Source: Bacteroidales bacterium (GTDB lineage Bacteria > Bacteroidota > Bacteroidia > Bacteroidales > P3). From it: a stretch of DNA of 64,000 nt. Both the position numbers and the translations under genes were made by a program. The notes under the pieces are model-generated. The model was not told where the DNA came from, did no database searches, and saw only the letters and a program-made list of their open reading frames with translations. Positions 8,629 through 18,048 of this stretch are shown here, piece by piece (positions within the stretch are counted from its first letter, which is position 1; each line of letters opens with the position of its first letter). The DNA lies in contig JAFURZ010000005.1 of NCBI GenBank assembly GCA_017480785.1, forward strand, positions 16,259 to 80,258, given 5' to 3'.

Positions 8629-9360
8629 TTAGAGATAAATCATCATGCCGGTGTTGTATATCTTCGTGCCCGAGGCGGGGTCGATGTAGGTGGGCAGCAG
8701 GTTGGTGAAGAAGCGCACGCCGTGGATGATGCCCAGCATGTCGGTCGACAGGGTGAGGCCCACCTCCAGCTTCCAGGGCTGGAACATGGGGTCGCCGGAC
8801 TCGACGACCGTCCTGTCGCTGCTGGTCAGCACACCGAAGTAGGTGTTGCGGGCGTCGAGGGTACGGATGGTGAGGTAGTGGCTCACGTCGTAGGCCACGT
8901 AGTAGTCGAGGCCCAGCCGCAACGCACGGTGGTTGCCCGGCACCACCTGCCACTGCACCTCGCCCGTGAGGCCCAGGTAGCTGTGGAACATGGTGGCCGT
9001 CTGGCGCCCTGTGGTGGGGGTGGTCAGGAGGTCGATGCCGCCACCGTCGACGCGGGTCACATTGTAGCGCAGGAAAGACCACTCGAAGTCGTAGCGCAGG
9101 CCGCCGATGGCGGTCAGGCGGTCCACCGGCAGCGGTATCGTCGCCACCAGCGGTATCTGCAACAGCAGGCTGTGGGGCGCGTCGTAGGGCGTGTAGTCGG
9201 TGCGGTTGAACTTCATGCCGGCCTGCACGCCGAGGGTGAGGTTCACCTGGCGGCGCCCGCCGTTGCCGCAGGCCGACAGCGAGTCGGGCAAAGTGTCGGT
9301 CTGGGCCGGGAGCGCCGACGCGGCAAGCACAAGGGACAGTATAATAGCAATGCGTTTCAT
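8629..9360 (-). CDS. Putative outer-membrane beta-barrel protein
   Basis: 243-aa ORF with signal peptide MKRIAIILSLVLAASALPAQ and an alternating beta-strand-like pattern. No specific family recognised. Confidence 0.55.
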   Translation of the reverse strand: MKRIAIILSLVLAASALPAQTDTLPDSLSACGNGGRRQVNLTLGVQAGMKFNRTDYTPYDAPHSLLLQIPLVATIPLPVDRLTAIGGLRYDFEWSFLRYNVTRVDGGGIDLLTTPTTGRQTATMFHSYLGLTGEVQWQVVPGNHRALRLGLDYYVAYDVSHYLTIRTLDARNTYFGVLTSSDRTVVESGDPMFQPWKLEVGLTLSTDMLGIIHGVRFFTNLLPTYIDPASGTKIYNTGMMIYL

Positions 9361-9380
9361 AATATGGTGTTTTTTCGTTT

Positions 9381-10124
9381 CTAGAATTCCAGTAAAGCCA
9401 AGGTGGTGCCTTCCATCAGGCTGGGTTCGGCCGGGCGGAAGAGGCTGCCGAGGAAGCTGCGGCGGCGCTCCCGTGGCTTGGCGGCAGGCTCGACCGGTTC
9501 GGGCTGCACCGGCTCCGGGGTGGCCTGCACCACCAGCTCGGATTCGGCCTCGACATCGCTCTCGATGACAGGTATCGTATCGGTGTTTTCGGGGATTTCG
9601 CCAACCGCCTCTACCTCAGCGAAATACACTTCCTCGAAGGGCGCCGTTTCTTCAATTTCGCTAACAGCCTCTTGCTGAGCCACTTCATCGCCTAATGTCT
9701 TACCACCGTGGTAAGAGTTGGTAAGGCGTTGGTAAGGCGTTGGTAAGGCGTTGGTAAGGCGTTGGGGGGCGGCCGGCCGTAAGTCGCCGTCTCTCAAGCG
9801 AGTAGTGCTGTCGGCCAATTCCAGGCCGATGGCGGCGGGGATGTCGGCCTCGGCCACCGTCACGGGCTCCTCGCCGGTAGGGACGAACCAGATGCGCACT
9901 ACGGTGCTGACAAAGAGGAGGATGCACGCTGCCGCGGCCACCCGCAACGTCCACCACCACGCACCGTGGCGGTGTTCTCTGCCCGCCTCGCTCCGTTCTC
10001 CTTGTTCCGCTGCCAGGCGGTCGAGCATGTCGCCCAGCTCCTGCTGCCGGCGCTCGTCGCGGCCGGCATGCTCGAGGGTGGCGAGCAGCTGCTCCAGGTC
10101 CAGGTTATCTCTGTTTGTTTTCAT
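9381..10124 (-). CDS. Putative anti-sigma factor (single-pass membrane protein)
   Basis: 247-aa ORF that overlaps the sigma gene stop by 20 nt. One TM helix (WWWTLRVAAAACILLFVSTVV). The position is typical of an anti-sigma partner. Contains an 11-nt x4 array. Confidence 0.6.
   Translation of the reverse strand: MKTNRDNLDLEQLLATLEHAGRDERRQQELGDMLDRLAAEQGERSEAGREHRHGAWWWTLRVAAAACILLFVSTVVRIWFVPTGEEPVTVAEADIPAAIGLELADSTTRLRDGDLRPAAPQRLTNALPTPYQRLTNSYHGGKTLGDEVAQQEAVSEIEETAPFEEVYFAEVEAVGEIPENTDTIPVIESDVEAESELVVQATPEPVQPEPVEPAAKPRERRRSFLGSLFRPAEPSLMEGTTLALLEF
9717..9765. repeat. GTTGGTAAGGC 11-nt x4 tandem array inside the anti-sigma gene
   Basis: Four perfect units at 9717-9760 plus a partial fifth. 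Translated as LTNALPTPYQRLTN. Confidence 0.9.
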
Positions 10125-10605
10125 ATTCCAGTATCATTTCTTTCAGTGAACTATAGGCGCGCGAGAGGAGGGTGTAGACGTTGCCCGCATTGACGTGCAG
10201 TACCTCGGCTATCTGCTGCGTGTCGGCCCCTTGCAGGTGCTTGAGCCTGACGGCCAGCGCCTGCCGCTCGGGCAGCCGGTCGACCAGCTGTGTCGCCAGC
10301 CGCAGCCGCTCCTCGCCGGCATGGCTCTCCTCTTCGGCCAGGGCCATGGCGCGCTCGTCAATCTCGACGGTGGGCTTGCGCCGGCGCAGCAGGTCCACGC
10401 AACGGCGCTTGACAAGGGTGATGCACCACGCCTCGCGGTTGACCACCCGCCGCAGCTTCGCGCGCTCCTCCCACAGGGTGACGAAACAGTCCTGCACCAC
10501 GTCGGCAGCGTCGGCCTCGCTGCCCAGCAGGGTCTCGGCCATGCGCTGCATGGCGGGCTGCAAGGGCAGGTAGTCGTGTTTGAACTGTTCCGTTTCCTGT
10601 TTCAT
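10105..10605 (-). CDS. RNA polymerase ECF-type sigma-70 factor
   Basis: 166-aa ORF with region 2 (DAADVVQDCFVTLWE) and a region 4 HTH (QQIAEVLHVNAGNVYTLLSRA). Confidence 0.9.
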   Translation of the reverse strand: MKQETEQFKHDYLPLQPAMQRMAETLLGSEADAADVVQDCFVTLWEERAKLRRVVNREAWCITLVKRRCVDLLRRRKPTVEIDERAMALAEEESHAGEERLRLATQLVDRLPERQALAVRLKHLQGADTQQIAEVLHVNAGNVYTLLSRAYSSLKEMILEYENKQR

Positions 10606-10678
10606 AACTAGTAGTCGTAAATGGATACGAAATCTTACACTCAGGTAAAAAAAATTTTTTCAGTCAGACAGAAAAAAC

Positions 10679-10794
10679 CTCAATCAGAACTGAAAGGATT
10701 TATTCTCAATCAGAACTAAAAGAACTATCAGAATAGGGTCGTATTTCTTTTTGTTCTTTTAGTTCTGATTGAGATTTTGTTTCTGATTGAGATT
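10679..10794. repeat. Composite palindromic element (CAATCAGAAC / GTTCTGATTG family)
   Basis: Nested inverted repeats. Contains the complement of ttctgatagttcttttagttctgattg, the same unit found twice inside ribD. Confidence 0.8.
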
Positions 10795-11209
10795 AGACAA
10801 GGGCACGGAGTGCCAGCTCGTAGCCCTGCAGGCCGAGGCCGCACACCATGCCGCGGCAGGCCGAGGTGACGAGGGAGTGGTGGCGGTAGTCCTCGCGGGC
10901 GAAGATGTTGCTCAGGTGCACCTCCACCTTCGGGGCCGGCACGGCCAGCAGGGCATCGCGCAGGGCCACACTGGTGTGGCTGTAGCCCCCGAGGTTCACT
11001 ATCAGGCCGTCGGCCTCGAAACCGGCACGCTGTATCTCGTCGATGAGCTCGCCCTCCACGTTGCTTTGAAAAGAGGTTATCTCCACTTCGGGGAAGCGCA
11101 TTCCGAGTTCTTCGAGATACTGGTCCATGGTCATCGTGCCGTAGACCTCCGGCTCACGGAGTCCCGTGAGGTTGAGGTTGGGTCCGTTGATGATTTCTAT
11201 ATGTTTCAT
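10793..11209 (-). CDS. aroQ: Type II 3-dehydroquinate dehydratase
   Basis: 138-aa ORF with MKHIEIINGPNLNLTGLREPEVYG and HLSNIFAREDYRHHS. Confidence 0.95.
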   Translation of the reverse strand: MKHIEIINGPNLNLTGLREPEVYGTMTMDQYLEELGMRFPEVEITSFQSNVEGELIDEIQRAGFEADGLIVNLGGYSHTSVALRDALLAVPAPKVEVHLSNIFAREDYRHHSLVTSACRGMVCGLGLQGYELALRALV

Positions 11210-11383
11210 ATTACTAATAACGTCACATCCTCTTTTTTATTACGCCCCCGCCTGGCCGTATTGTTAAAGTATGTTAATTGGATTATTTTTTTAATCATCC
11301 CGCACAATATAGCTCTCGAGGGTGCGTTACTGGGATAGATTAAATAATTAATCATAGGATTAACGAATAAATCATATACGACT

Positions 11384-11782
11384 ATGGCAAGAAAGAAGAC
11401 AGAACTGAGCGGGACGCTGACCAAGGCCGAGGAGCAGGTGATGCAGGCCGTGTGGCAGCTGGGCCGGGGCTTTGCGGGCGACATAGCGGCGGCGGTGGAG
11501 GAACCGCGTCCGGCCTACCGCACCGTGCTCACGGAGATACGCATCCTGGAGCAGAAGGGCTTCGTGGGCCACCGCGAGATGGGCGGCAGCAACGAGTACT
11601 ACCCCTTGGTGAGCAAGGCCGACTACAGCGGTCGGCAACTGGGCACCTTGATGAAAAACTACTTCGGCGGCAGCTATCAGCAGCTGGTCTCCTTCTTCGT
11701 GGAGGACAAGAACATCAGCGCCGCCGACCTCGAGGCGCTGGGTCGCATCATCGAGGAGAAGCGAAAGGAGGTGCAGCCATGA
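11384..11782 (+). CDS. BlaI/MecI/CopY family transcriptional repressor
   Basis: 132-aa ORF with a winged-helix pattern (LTKAEEQVMQAVWQLG ... YRTVLTEIRILEQKGFV). Followed by an M56 sensor gene. Confidence 0.9.
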   Translation: MARKKTELSGTLTKAEEQVMQAVWQLGRGFAGDIAAAVEEPRPAYRTVLTEIRILEQKGFVGHREMGGSNEYYPLVSKADYSGRQLGTLMKNYFGGSYQQLVSFFVEDKNISAADLEALGRIIEEKRKEVQP

Positions 11783-13089
11783 GGTACCTGCTTTTGGCCG
11801 CAGCCGCCACTGCCCTGTTCTTCGGTGCCTACTGGCTGCTGATGCGCAGCGAGAAGCGCCACACGATGGTGCGGTTCTACCTGGTGGGTACGCTCGTGCT
11901 GTCGCTGCTGCTGCCGGCGGTGCACCTGCGTCTGGCTGTGCCGGCGCACTATGTGGCGCGGAGCGAGGCGGCAGTCAGTCTTTCCGGTTATTCCAGTGAT
12001 TCTAGATTATCTAGCGAATCTAGACTTTCTAGAGATTCTAGAGAATCCAGTGCTGCCGGCTCCCGGCCATCCCTGCCGCTGTGGCAGTGGGTCTGGCTGG
12101 CGGGCGTGGCCGTGGCGACAGTGGTGCTGGCTGTGAGGCTCGCGGTGCTATGGCGCAGGATGCGCAGCCTTCCCTTCGAGGAGCGCGACGGCCTGCGGGT
12201 GGCGCTCTTGGACGACGACACGCCGGCCTACTCCTTCGGGCGCCGCATCGTGGTGGGCACGCGGGGCTTCACTGACAACGAGGTGCAGCAACTCGTCGGA
12301 CACGAGTCGGTGCATGCCCGCCGATGTCACACCGCCGACCTGTTGCTCTGCGAGGCGGCCAAGGTGGTGCTTTGGTTCGACCCATTTACATATCTGTATG
12401 CGCGCGAGCTGAAGCGTGTGCACGAGTACATCGCCGACGGCGCGATGATGAGCGCCGACTATGCCGCGCTGTTCTACCACCAGGTGAGCGGACGGCAGTA
12501 TGTCCCACTGGCCAACCAGTTCGACTACCGCATGGTGCACCAGCGCATCGCCATGATGTCGAAGCGGCGCCGCTACGGCGGCTGGCTCAAGCCGCTGGCG
12601 GCCCTGCCCATCGTAGCTGTGGTGCTGTTGGCCGCCTGCGCTCCGAAATCCAACAGCCTGCTGGTGGGCCAGTGGGAATATGTCGGCATCAGCCGGGAAT
12701 TCATCTATGACGACGGGGATACCGACTTCCATATCAAGGAAGATGACCCCGACAACACCTACCCGCGGATAAACGACCTCGACTTCCACGCCGACGGCAC
12801 TGCCACGGTAATAGCCTGGGATGTGAGCAAATGGGTCACTGACGAGGATGACGACTCCACGAAGATACTCAAACCCGGCGACTACTTCGACTACACCCCC
12901 TATGCCGTCGAATGGCAGGTGGTGGCCGACACCCTGCTGATGTGCAACGACAAAGGTGGCCGCGAGGCATTCTGCATCGTCAACGTCGACGAGGACACAC
13001 TCGTCTTTGTCTCGAGCAGCATCTTCCGACTACAAGATAGAGGAGAAGGCCATACCCGTGAGACCTATACTTTCCGCCGGAAGAAATAA
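11779..13089 (+). CDS. M56 family peptidase / BlaR1-like signal transducer
   Basis: ORF 11452..13089 trimmed to ATG 11779 (MRYLLLAAAATALFFGAYWLL), which overlaps the upstream stop as ATGA. TM segments and an HExxH motif (HESVHARRCH). Contains an in-frame 9-nt array. Confidence 0.85.
   Translation: MRYLLLAAAATALFFGAYWLLMRSEKRHTMVRFYLVGTLVLSLLLPAVHLRLAVPAHYVARSEAAVSLSGYSSDSRLSSESRLSRDSRESSAAGSRPSLPLWQWVWLAGVAVATVVLAVRLAVLWRRMRSLPFEERDGLRVALLDDDTPAYSFGRRIVVGTRGFTDNEVQQLVGHESVHARRCHTADLLLCEAAKVVLWFDPFTYLYARELKRVHEYIADGAMMSADYAALFYHQVSGRQYVPLANQFDYRMVHQRIAMMSKRRRYGGWLKPLAALPIVAVVLLAACAPKSNSLLVGQWEYVGISREFIYDDGDTDFHIKEDDPDNTYPRINDLDFHADGTATVIAWDVSKWVTDEDDDSTKILKPGDYFDYTPYAVEWQVVADTLLMCNDKGGREAFCIVNVDEDTLVFVSSSIFRLQDRGEGHTRETYTFRRKK
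11989..12051 (+). repeat. 9-nt periodic TCTAGA-containing array inside the blaR1-like gene
   Basis: gattctaga/ttatctagc/gaatctaga/ctttctaga/gattctaga, flanked by (a/t)tccagtg direct repeats. Reads SSDSRLSSESRLSRDSRESS. Confidence 0.85.
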
Positions 13090-13107
13090 TCTAAACCTCA
13101 CATAACC

Positions 13108-15306
13108 ATGAAGCATACAGCGATTGTGCTGCTGCTCTTCGGAGCGGCGGCGGGCATAGGCTACGCCCAAACAAATGACTCGATTGACCTCGACAGCCTC
13201 TATTTTCCCGAGTCGATAAGACAACTCGAGGAGATGGAAATCACCGCCGAGCGGCCGCTCTACAGCGTCGACGGCGAGAAGCAGCTCTACAACGTCGGCG
13301 ACGACCCGAGCGTGCAGACCGGCACCGCCAGCGACGCCCTGCAGAACGCCCCCGGCATCGAGGTGGACGCCGAGGGCAACATCACCCTGCGCGGCTCGCA
13401 GAGCGTCGACGTGTGGATAGACGACCGGCCCTCGAACCTCAGCGGCGAGGCCCTGCGGCAGTACATCAAGACCCTGCCGTCCGGCGCCATCGACCGCATC
13501 GAGGTCATCACCAACCCCTCGGCGCGCTACGGCGGCAGCGGCCCGGTGGTGAACCTCGTGATGCGCCGCAAGGTGAAGCGCAACGAGTTTCTCACCTTCG
13601 GCGCCAGCGGCAACCACCGCCCGCAGGTGTCGCCCTGGGTCAGCTATGTCTACGGCGGCAAGCGGTTCTCCTTCAACGTCTACGCCGAGTACGACTACTC
13701 CCACACCTGGACCGACCAGAGCGGCAGCAACGTGATGCTCACGCCGCAGGGCGACACCAGCGCCGTGCGCAGCTACACCGCTCACAGCGACGCGCGGCGC
13801 CACGGCAGCTACCTGTGGCTCAGCGGGCACTACGACATCGATACCCAGCGCACCGTCCGTCTCTGGGGCGGCGCCTATCCGTCGGTCTACTTCCACAGAA
13901 GCAATACTGACTGCCAGTGGCGCGAGCTCATCTACGCACCGGGCGACTACAGCTACCGCAACACCTCCGACTACCGCTTCCCGCAGGCGGGCGGCTTCGG
14001 CGGCGTGGAATACACGCGGCGCATCAGCCCCGAGGGCGAAAAGCTGTGGCTGCAAGTCGGTGGCAGCACCTTCAGATACCATAGCAATGGCACCGACACG
14101 CGCACCTACACCTCGCTGGTCGGGCAGGACGTCACATTGCAGGACGACACCCGTAGCCGGAGCGGTCTCAGTACCTACGTCGACGCCGGCTACACCCTAC
14201 CAATCGGCAAGCTGTGGGAACTGGAGATGGGCCTCGGTGGTGGGCGCGAATTCCCGAGCAGTTACATCTTTGCCGCCGACAGCATCATCGGTGGTACCGC
14301 CGTGCACGACACGTTGCGCAGCTACACAGAAAGCGAGAGCAGTTGGAAGTACCAGGCCTACGCCACCCTGCAACGCCGCTTCGGCGACCTCACCGTCAAG
14401 TTGGGCCTGCAGGCCGGCCGCAAGCACGTGGAGGGCTACTGGGACGGCCACACCACCGCCACGGTGGACCGAACATGGAGCGTGCCAGTGCCGTCCGTCC
14501 ACCTCACCTACAGCACCAATAGCATGCACAACTTCGCCCTCAGCTGGACGCGCCGAACGGAGACGCCCACGGCCGACAACCTCAGCCCCTTCGTCAAATA
14601 CTACACCGAGAACTACGACATCGGCAACCCGGCATTGCAACCCACCGTGACGCACAACATCGAGGGCCGCTGGGACAAATACTTCGACGGCTTCGGATCG
14701 GTGGGCACGGAACTCTACTGGCGCGCAGCGCAGAACAGCATCAGCGAAATAGGCGACGTGGCCTACAGCGACATCTTCGGCCGCGAAGTGTCGTTCCGCA
14801 TGCCCTACAACATAGGCAACGCCGAGGTGGCGGGCGGCACGCTCAACGTCACCTACCGCCCCACAGCCTTCCTCAACCTGCGCCTCTCGGCCATGGCCTA
14901 CCACAACCACTACCGAATGATGTTCCGCCCCGGCGAGTGGGCCGAGGATGCCAGCTGGAGCGGCCGCCTGCGACTTAATGCCTGGGCCAAGCTGTGGAAC
15001 ACATTGCAGGTCTTCGGCACGGTGAGCTACACCACGCGCCAGATTGCCCCGATGAACATCCACGAGCCCACCTTCCGCACCGACCTCGGCCTCAGCGCCG
15101 ACCTGCTGGACCGCAAGCTGTCACTCTATTTAAATGTAAAAGACATCTTCGGCAGCGACGCTGAGGAGTGGCAGAGTACCAACCCCTACTACAGCGGCGG
15201 CGGCCGCAGCACCTCCAGCTCGCGCTACGTCTCCCTGGGCATCACCCTGCGCTTCGGCAAGATGGAGCTCGAGAGTCAGGCCCGCACGGGAGGGTCAGGC
15301 AACTGA
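13108..15306 (+). CDS. TonB-dependent-receptor-like outer membrane beta-barrel protein
   Basis: 732-aa ORF with a signal peptide, a plug-like N-terminus (DALQNAPGIEVDAEGNITLRGSQSVDVWIDDRP) and a long barrel region. Confidence 0.8.
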   Translation: MKHTAIVLLLFGAAAGIGYAQTNDSIDLDSLYFPESIRQLEEMEITAERPLYSVDGEKQLYNVGDDPSVQTGTASDALQNAPGIEVDAEGNITLRGSQSVDVWIDDRPSNLSGEALRQYIKTLPSGAIDRIEVITNPSARYGGSGPVVNLVMRRKVKRNEFLTFGASGNHRPQVSPWVSYVYGGKRFSFNVYAEYDYSHTWTDQSGSNVMLTPQGDTSAVRSYTAHSDARRHGSYLWLSGHYDIDTQRTVRLWGGAYPSVYFHRSNTDCQWRELIYAPGDYSYRNTSDYRFPQAGGFGGVEYTRRISPEGEKLWLQVGGSTFRYHSNGTDTRTYTSLVGQDVTLQDDTRSRSGLSTYVDAGYTLPIGKLWELEMGLGGGREFPSSYIFAADSIIGGTAVHDTLRSYTESESSWKYQAYATLQRRFGDLTVKLGLQAGRKHVEGYWDGHTTATVDRTWSVPVPSVHLTYSTNSMHNFALSWTRRTETPTADNLSPFVKYYTENYDIGNPALQPTVTHNIEGRWDKYFDGFGSVGTELYWRAAQNSISEIGDVAYSDIFGREVSFRMPYNIGNAEVAGGTLNVTYRPTAFLNLRLSAMAYHNHYRMMFRPGEWAEDASWSGRLRLNAWAKLWNTLQVFGTVSYTTRQIAPMNIHEPTFRTDLGLSADLLDRKLSLYLNVKDIFGSDAEEWQSTNPYYSGGGRSTSSSRYVSLGITLRFGKMELESQARTGGSGN

Positions 15307-15320
15307 CCCGTGCCCAAGGG

Positions 15321-16412
15321 TCATTGGTTGCGTATCTTGTTGCCCAGGATAAAGCCGAAGATACCGGTCAGGAGGATGCCCAGGGTGGTCTGCAACACGT
15401 TGAGCAGGTCGACAAACGGCGACACCCCCGCCAACACGTCGGAGTCGACGCCGGCCATATTCTTCAGGCTCACGCCCAAGGCGTCGATGTAGGCCAGCGG
15501 CGACACCTCCTCGCTGAAGAGGAAGGCAAAGAAGAAAACCGTGACGATATAGGTCAGTATCATCTTCAGCATGCTCTCGCCATAGCCGAAGAAGAGGTCG
15601 GACAGGAAGTTGGTGAAGATACGCCAGCAATTACCCACCTTGGTCCATAAAGGAATCCTCGGATTGCTCATGTCGGCCACCATGCGGTGACGTTCCATGC
15701 GGCGCCCCTGCACATAGGCCCAGTTGGCGTCGGCGATATAGCCCTTGCCGGCCCACAGCCCGTTAAGGGTCTTGTAGATATCCTCGGCCTCGTTCCAACG
15801 GTTCTTGACGGCCTCGTCGGCACTCCAATCCGACACCTGGCGGCTGTCGTTGGTGCGTTCGCCGGTACCGTAGTTGTGCCAGTCGACCAGGAACTTGGTG
15901 AACTGGCTTCTGCTCTGCTGCACGATACGTCCCTTCACCAGATTCTCACGGCGTATGTTGGCGGCATCGCCGAAGTAGGTGTTATTCAGGCTGGAGTTGC
16001 TTATGCGGGCATGCTTGAAGATAATCACGCCCTCCATGAAGCAGCGGTAGAAATCGCAATAGTCGACCACCGCATCCTCAAGGGTGCCCTGGTTGATGCG
16101 GGCATAGCGGAAGTCGCTCCACACGAGGTAGGCATAGCGGAAACGACAGTTGTTGAGTTCCGCCTTGCGGAAGGACACGCTCTGCAACGTAGGTTCGGCG
16201 GCGGGTCCGGAATGGTCAAAGTCGCAGCTGTCCATCCTGGCCTCGTCGAAACGACAATGGCGCAGATGCGCATTCTTGAAATTCACATTGGTCAGAGTGC
16301 ATCCCGAGAAGTCGATTCCCTCGAGAGTCATGCCACCCAAATCCACATCGGCGACAGTCTTTGTCGCTACCAACTGTTCCAGTTCCTGTTGAGTCATACC
16401 TTTTGTTTTCAA
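15321..16412 (-). CDS. Pentapeptide-repeat protein with C-terminal membrane domain
   Basis: 363-aa ORF with N-terminal pentapeptide repeats (DLGGMTLEGIDFSGCTLTNVNFKNAHLRHCRFDEARMDSCDF) and C-terminal hydrophobic helices (MILTYIVTVFFFAFLF, TTLGILLTGIFGFILG). Confidence 0.75.
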   Translation of the reverse strand: MKTKGMTQQELEQLVATKTVADVDLGGMTLEGIDFSGCTLTNVNFKNAHLRHCRFDEARMDSCDFDHSGPAAEPTLQSVSFRKAELNNCRFRYAYLVWSDFRYARINQGTLEDAVVDYCDFYRCFMEGVIIFKHARISNSSLNNTYFGDAANIRRENLVKGRIVQQSRSQFTKFLVDWHNYGTGERTNDSRQVSDWSADEAVKNRWNEAEDIYKTLNGLWAGKGYIADANWAYVQGRRMERHRMVADMSNPRIPLWTKVGNCWRIFTNFLSDLFFGYGESMLKMILTYIVTVFFFAFLFSEEVSPLAYIDALGVSLKNMAGVDSDVLAGVSPFVDLLNVLQTTLGILLTGIFGFILGNKIRNQ

Positions 16413-16450
16413 CGTTTATAAAAGAAGGCCGTCCGCAGACGGACGGCCTT
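16413..16450 (-). terminator. Rho-independent-type terminator after gdhA
   Basis: 12-bp stem GAAGGCCGTCCG/CGGACGGCCTTC (16423-16434 / 16439-16450), followed on the minus strand by a T-rich run. Confidence 0.7.
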
Positions 16451-16479
16451 CCGTATCATGGGTTTTTCCAATCGTGCAA

Positions 16480-17823
16480 TTAGATGATACCCTGGGCAAC
16501 CATGGCGTTGGCGACACGCATGAAGCCAGCGATGTTGGCACCCTTGACATAGTTGATGTGACCATCAGACTCACGACCGTGCTCGACGCACATGTCGTAG
16601 ATGTTGTTCATGATGGTGTGGAGGTTCTTGTCGACCTCTTCGGCAGTCCAGTTGCGGTGTTCGGCGTTCTGGCAGATTTCGAGACCCGAAGTGGCAACAC
16701 CACCGGCGTTGACAGCCTTACCGGGGCCGAAGGGCACCTTGGCAGCCTGAATGGCGGCGATGGCGGCGGGCTGGCAGCCCATGTTCGAGACCTCAGCCAC
16801 ATACTTCACGCCATTGGCGAGGAGCATCTTGGCATCTTCCTCGGCGAGCTCGTTCTGGAAGGCGCAGGGCATAGCGATGTCGCACTTCACAATCCAAGCC
16901 TTCTTGCCGGCGGTGAACTTGGCCTGGCCGGGGAACTTGTCGGCCATATCCTGGACCTTGTTGCGATTCGAGGCACGCATGACGAGCATGTAGTCGATCA
17001 TCTCCTTGGTGATGCCGTTCTCGATTTCGCAGACGCCGTCGGGGCCGCTGATGGCGACGACCTTGGCACCCAGCTCGGTGGCCTTGATGGCGGCACCCCA
17101 AGCCACGTTGCCGAAGCCGGAGAGGGCGATGCGCTTGCCTTCCATCTTGTCACCCTGCTGCTTCACCATGCGCTCCACATAGTAGATGGCGCCGAAGCCG
17201 GTGGCCTCGGGACGGATGAGGGAACCACCCCAGCCGTAGCTCTTGCCGGTCAGAGCACCGGTCGAGTGCTCGCGGGCGAGTTTCTTGTAGGCACCATAGA
17301 GGTAGCCGATTTCGCGGCCGCCCACACCCACGTCGCCGGCAGGGCTGTCCTGGTCGGGACCGATGTTGCGCCACAACTCATACATGAAGGCCTGACAGAA
17401 ACGCATGATTTCGGCGTCGCTCTTTCCGACGGGGTCGAAATCGGAACCACCCTTACCACCGCCGAGAGGCAGCATGGTGAGGCTGTTCTTGAAAATCTGC
17501 TCGAAGCCGAGGAACTTCAGCATGCTGACGTTCACAGCCTTGTGGAAACGCAGACCACCCTTGTAGGCGCCGAGGGCGGCGTTGAACTGCACGCGGTAGC
17601 CGAGGTTGGTGCACACCTCACCCTTGTCGTTGACCCAGGTCACGCGGAAGGTGAAGATACGGTCGGGCTCCACAATGCGCTCGACAATCTTGTTGGCCTC
17701 AAACTCGGGGTGTTTGTTGTACTCTTCCTCGATGGTCTCAAGAACTTCGCGAACTGCCTGCAAGTACTCGTTTTCGCCCGGATGTTTGGCCTCCAGGTTG
17801 GCCATGATTTCGTTTACTTTCAT
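16480..17823 (-). CDS. gdhA: NAD(P)-specific glutamate dehydrogenase
   Basis: 447-aa ORF with LPLGGGKGGSDFDP and the Rossmann motif SGFGNVAWGAA. Confidence 0.95.
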   Translation of the reverse strand: MKVNEIMANLEAKHPGENEYLQAVREVLETIEEEYNKHPEFEANKIVERIVEPDRIFTFRVTWVNDKGEVCTNLGYRVQFNAALGAYKGGLRFHKAVNVSMLKFLGFEQIFKNSLTMLPLGGGKGGSDFDPVGKSDAEIMRFCQAFMYELWRNIGPDQDSPAGDVGVGGREIGYLYGAYKKLAREHSTGALTGKSYGWGGSLIRPEATGFGAIYYVERMVKQQGDKMEGKRIALSGFGNVAWGAAIKATELGAKVVAISGPDGVCEIENGITKEMIDYMLVMRASNRNKVQDMADKFPGQAKFTAGKKAWIVKCDIAMPCAFQNELAEEDAKMLLANGVKYVAEVSNMGCQPAAIAAIQAAKVPFGPGKAVNAGGVATSGLEICQNAEHRNWTAEEVDKNLHTIMNNIYDMCVEHGRESDGHINYVKGANIAGFMRVANAMVAQGII

Positions 17824-17868
17824 AATATTTAATACTTTAGATGAATAATTTATTTTGTTTCAGTCCGG

Positions 17869-17900
17869 CAAATATACAACTTAAATTTAATTACGCCAAA
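17869..17900 (-). promoter_or_regulatory. Promoter of gdhA
   Basis: On the minus strand: TTTG (complement of 17897-17900), 20-nt spacer, TAtaTTTG (complement of 17869-17876). Confidence 0.6.
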
Positions 17901-17975
17901 ATTATTTTAAAATATTTCAAATTTAATTATGCCGCAATCCACAAAGCGCTCTTTTCCACCAGCCTTGCAATTGAA

Positions 17976-18019
17976 TTCAACTTGAGTTCGACTTGAAAAC
18001 AAGTCGAACTCAAGTTGAA
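17976..18019. repeat. 19-bp-stem palindrome, sister of 4515-4566
   Basis: ttcaacttgagttcgactt-gaaaac-aagtcgaactcaagttgaa. Confidence 0.85.
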
Positions 18020-18048
18020 CTGAAATCAACAACATGAAAAAGAGGCGG

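Noticed and set aside
15321-16412. Pentapeptide-repeat protein as a K+ channel, because of a GYG tripeptide (LFFGYGES) near the membrane domain.
   Set aside because: The GYG precedes the first hydrophobic helix instead of lying in a pore loop between two helices. No TVGYG-type filter context is present, so only a generic membrane domain is claimed.
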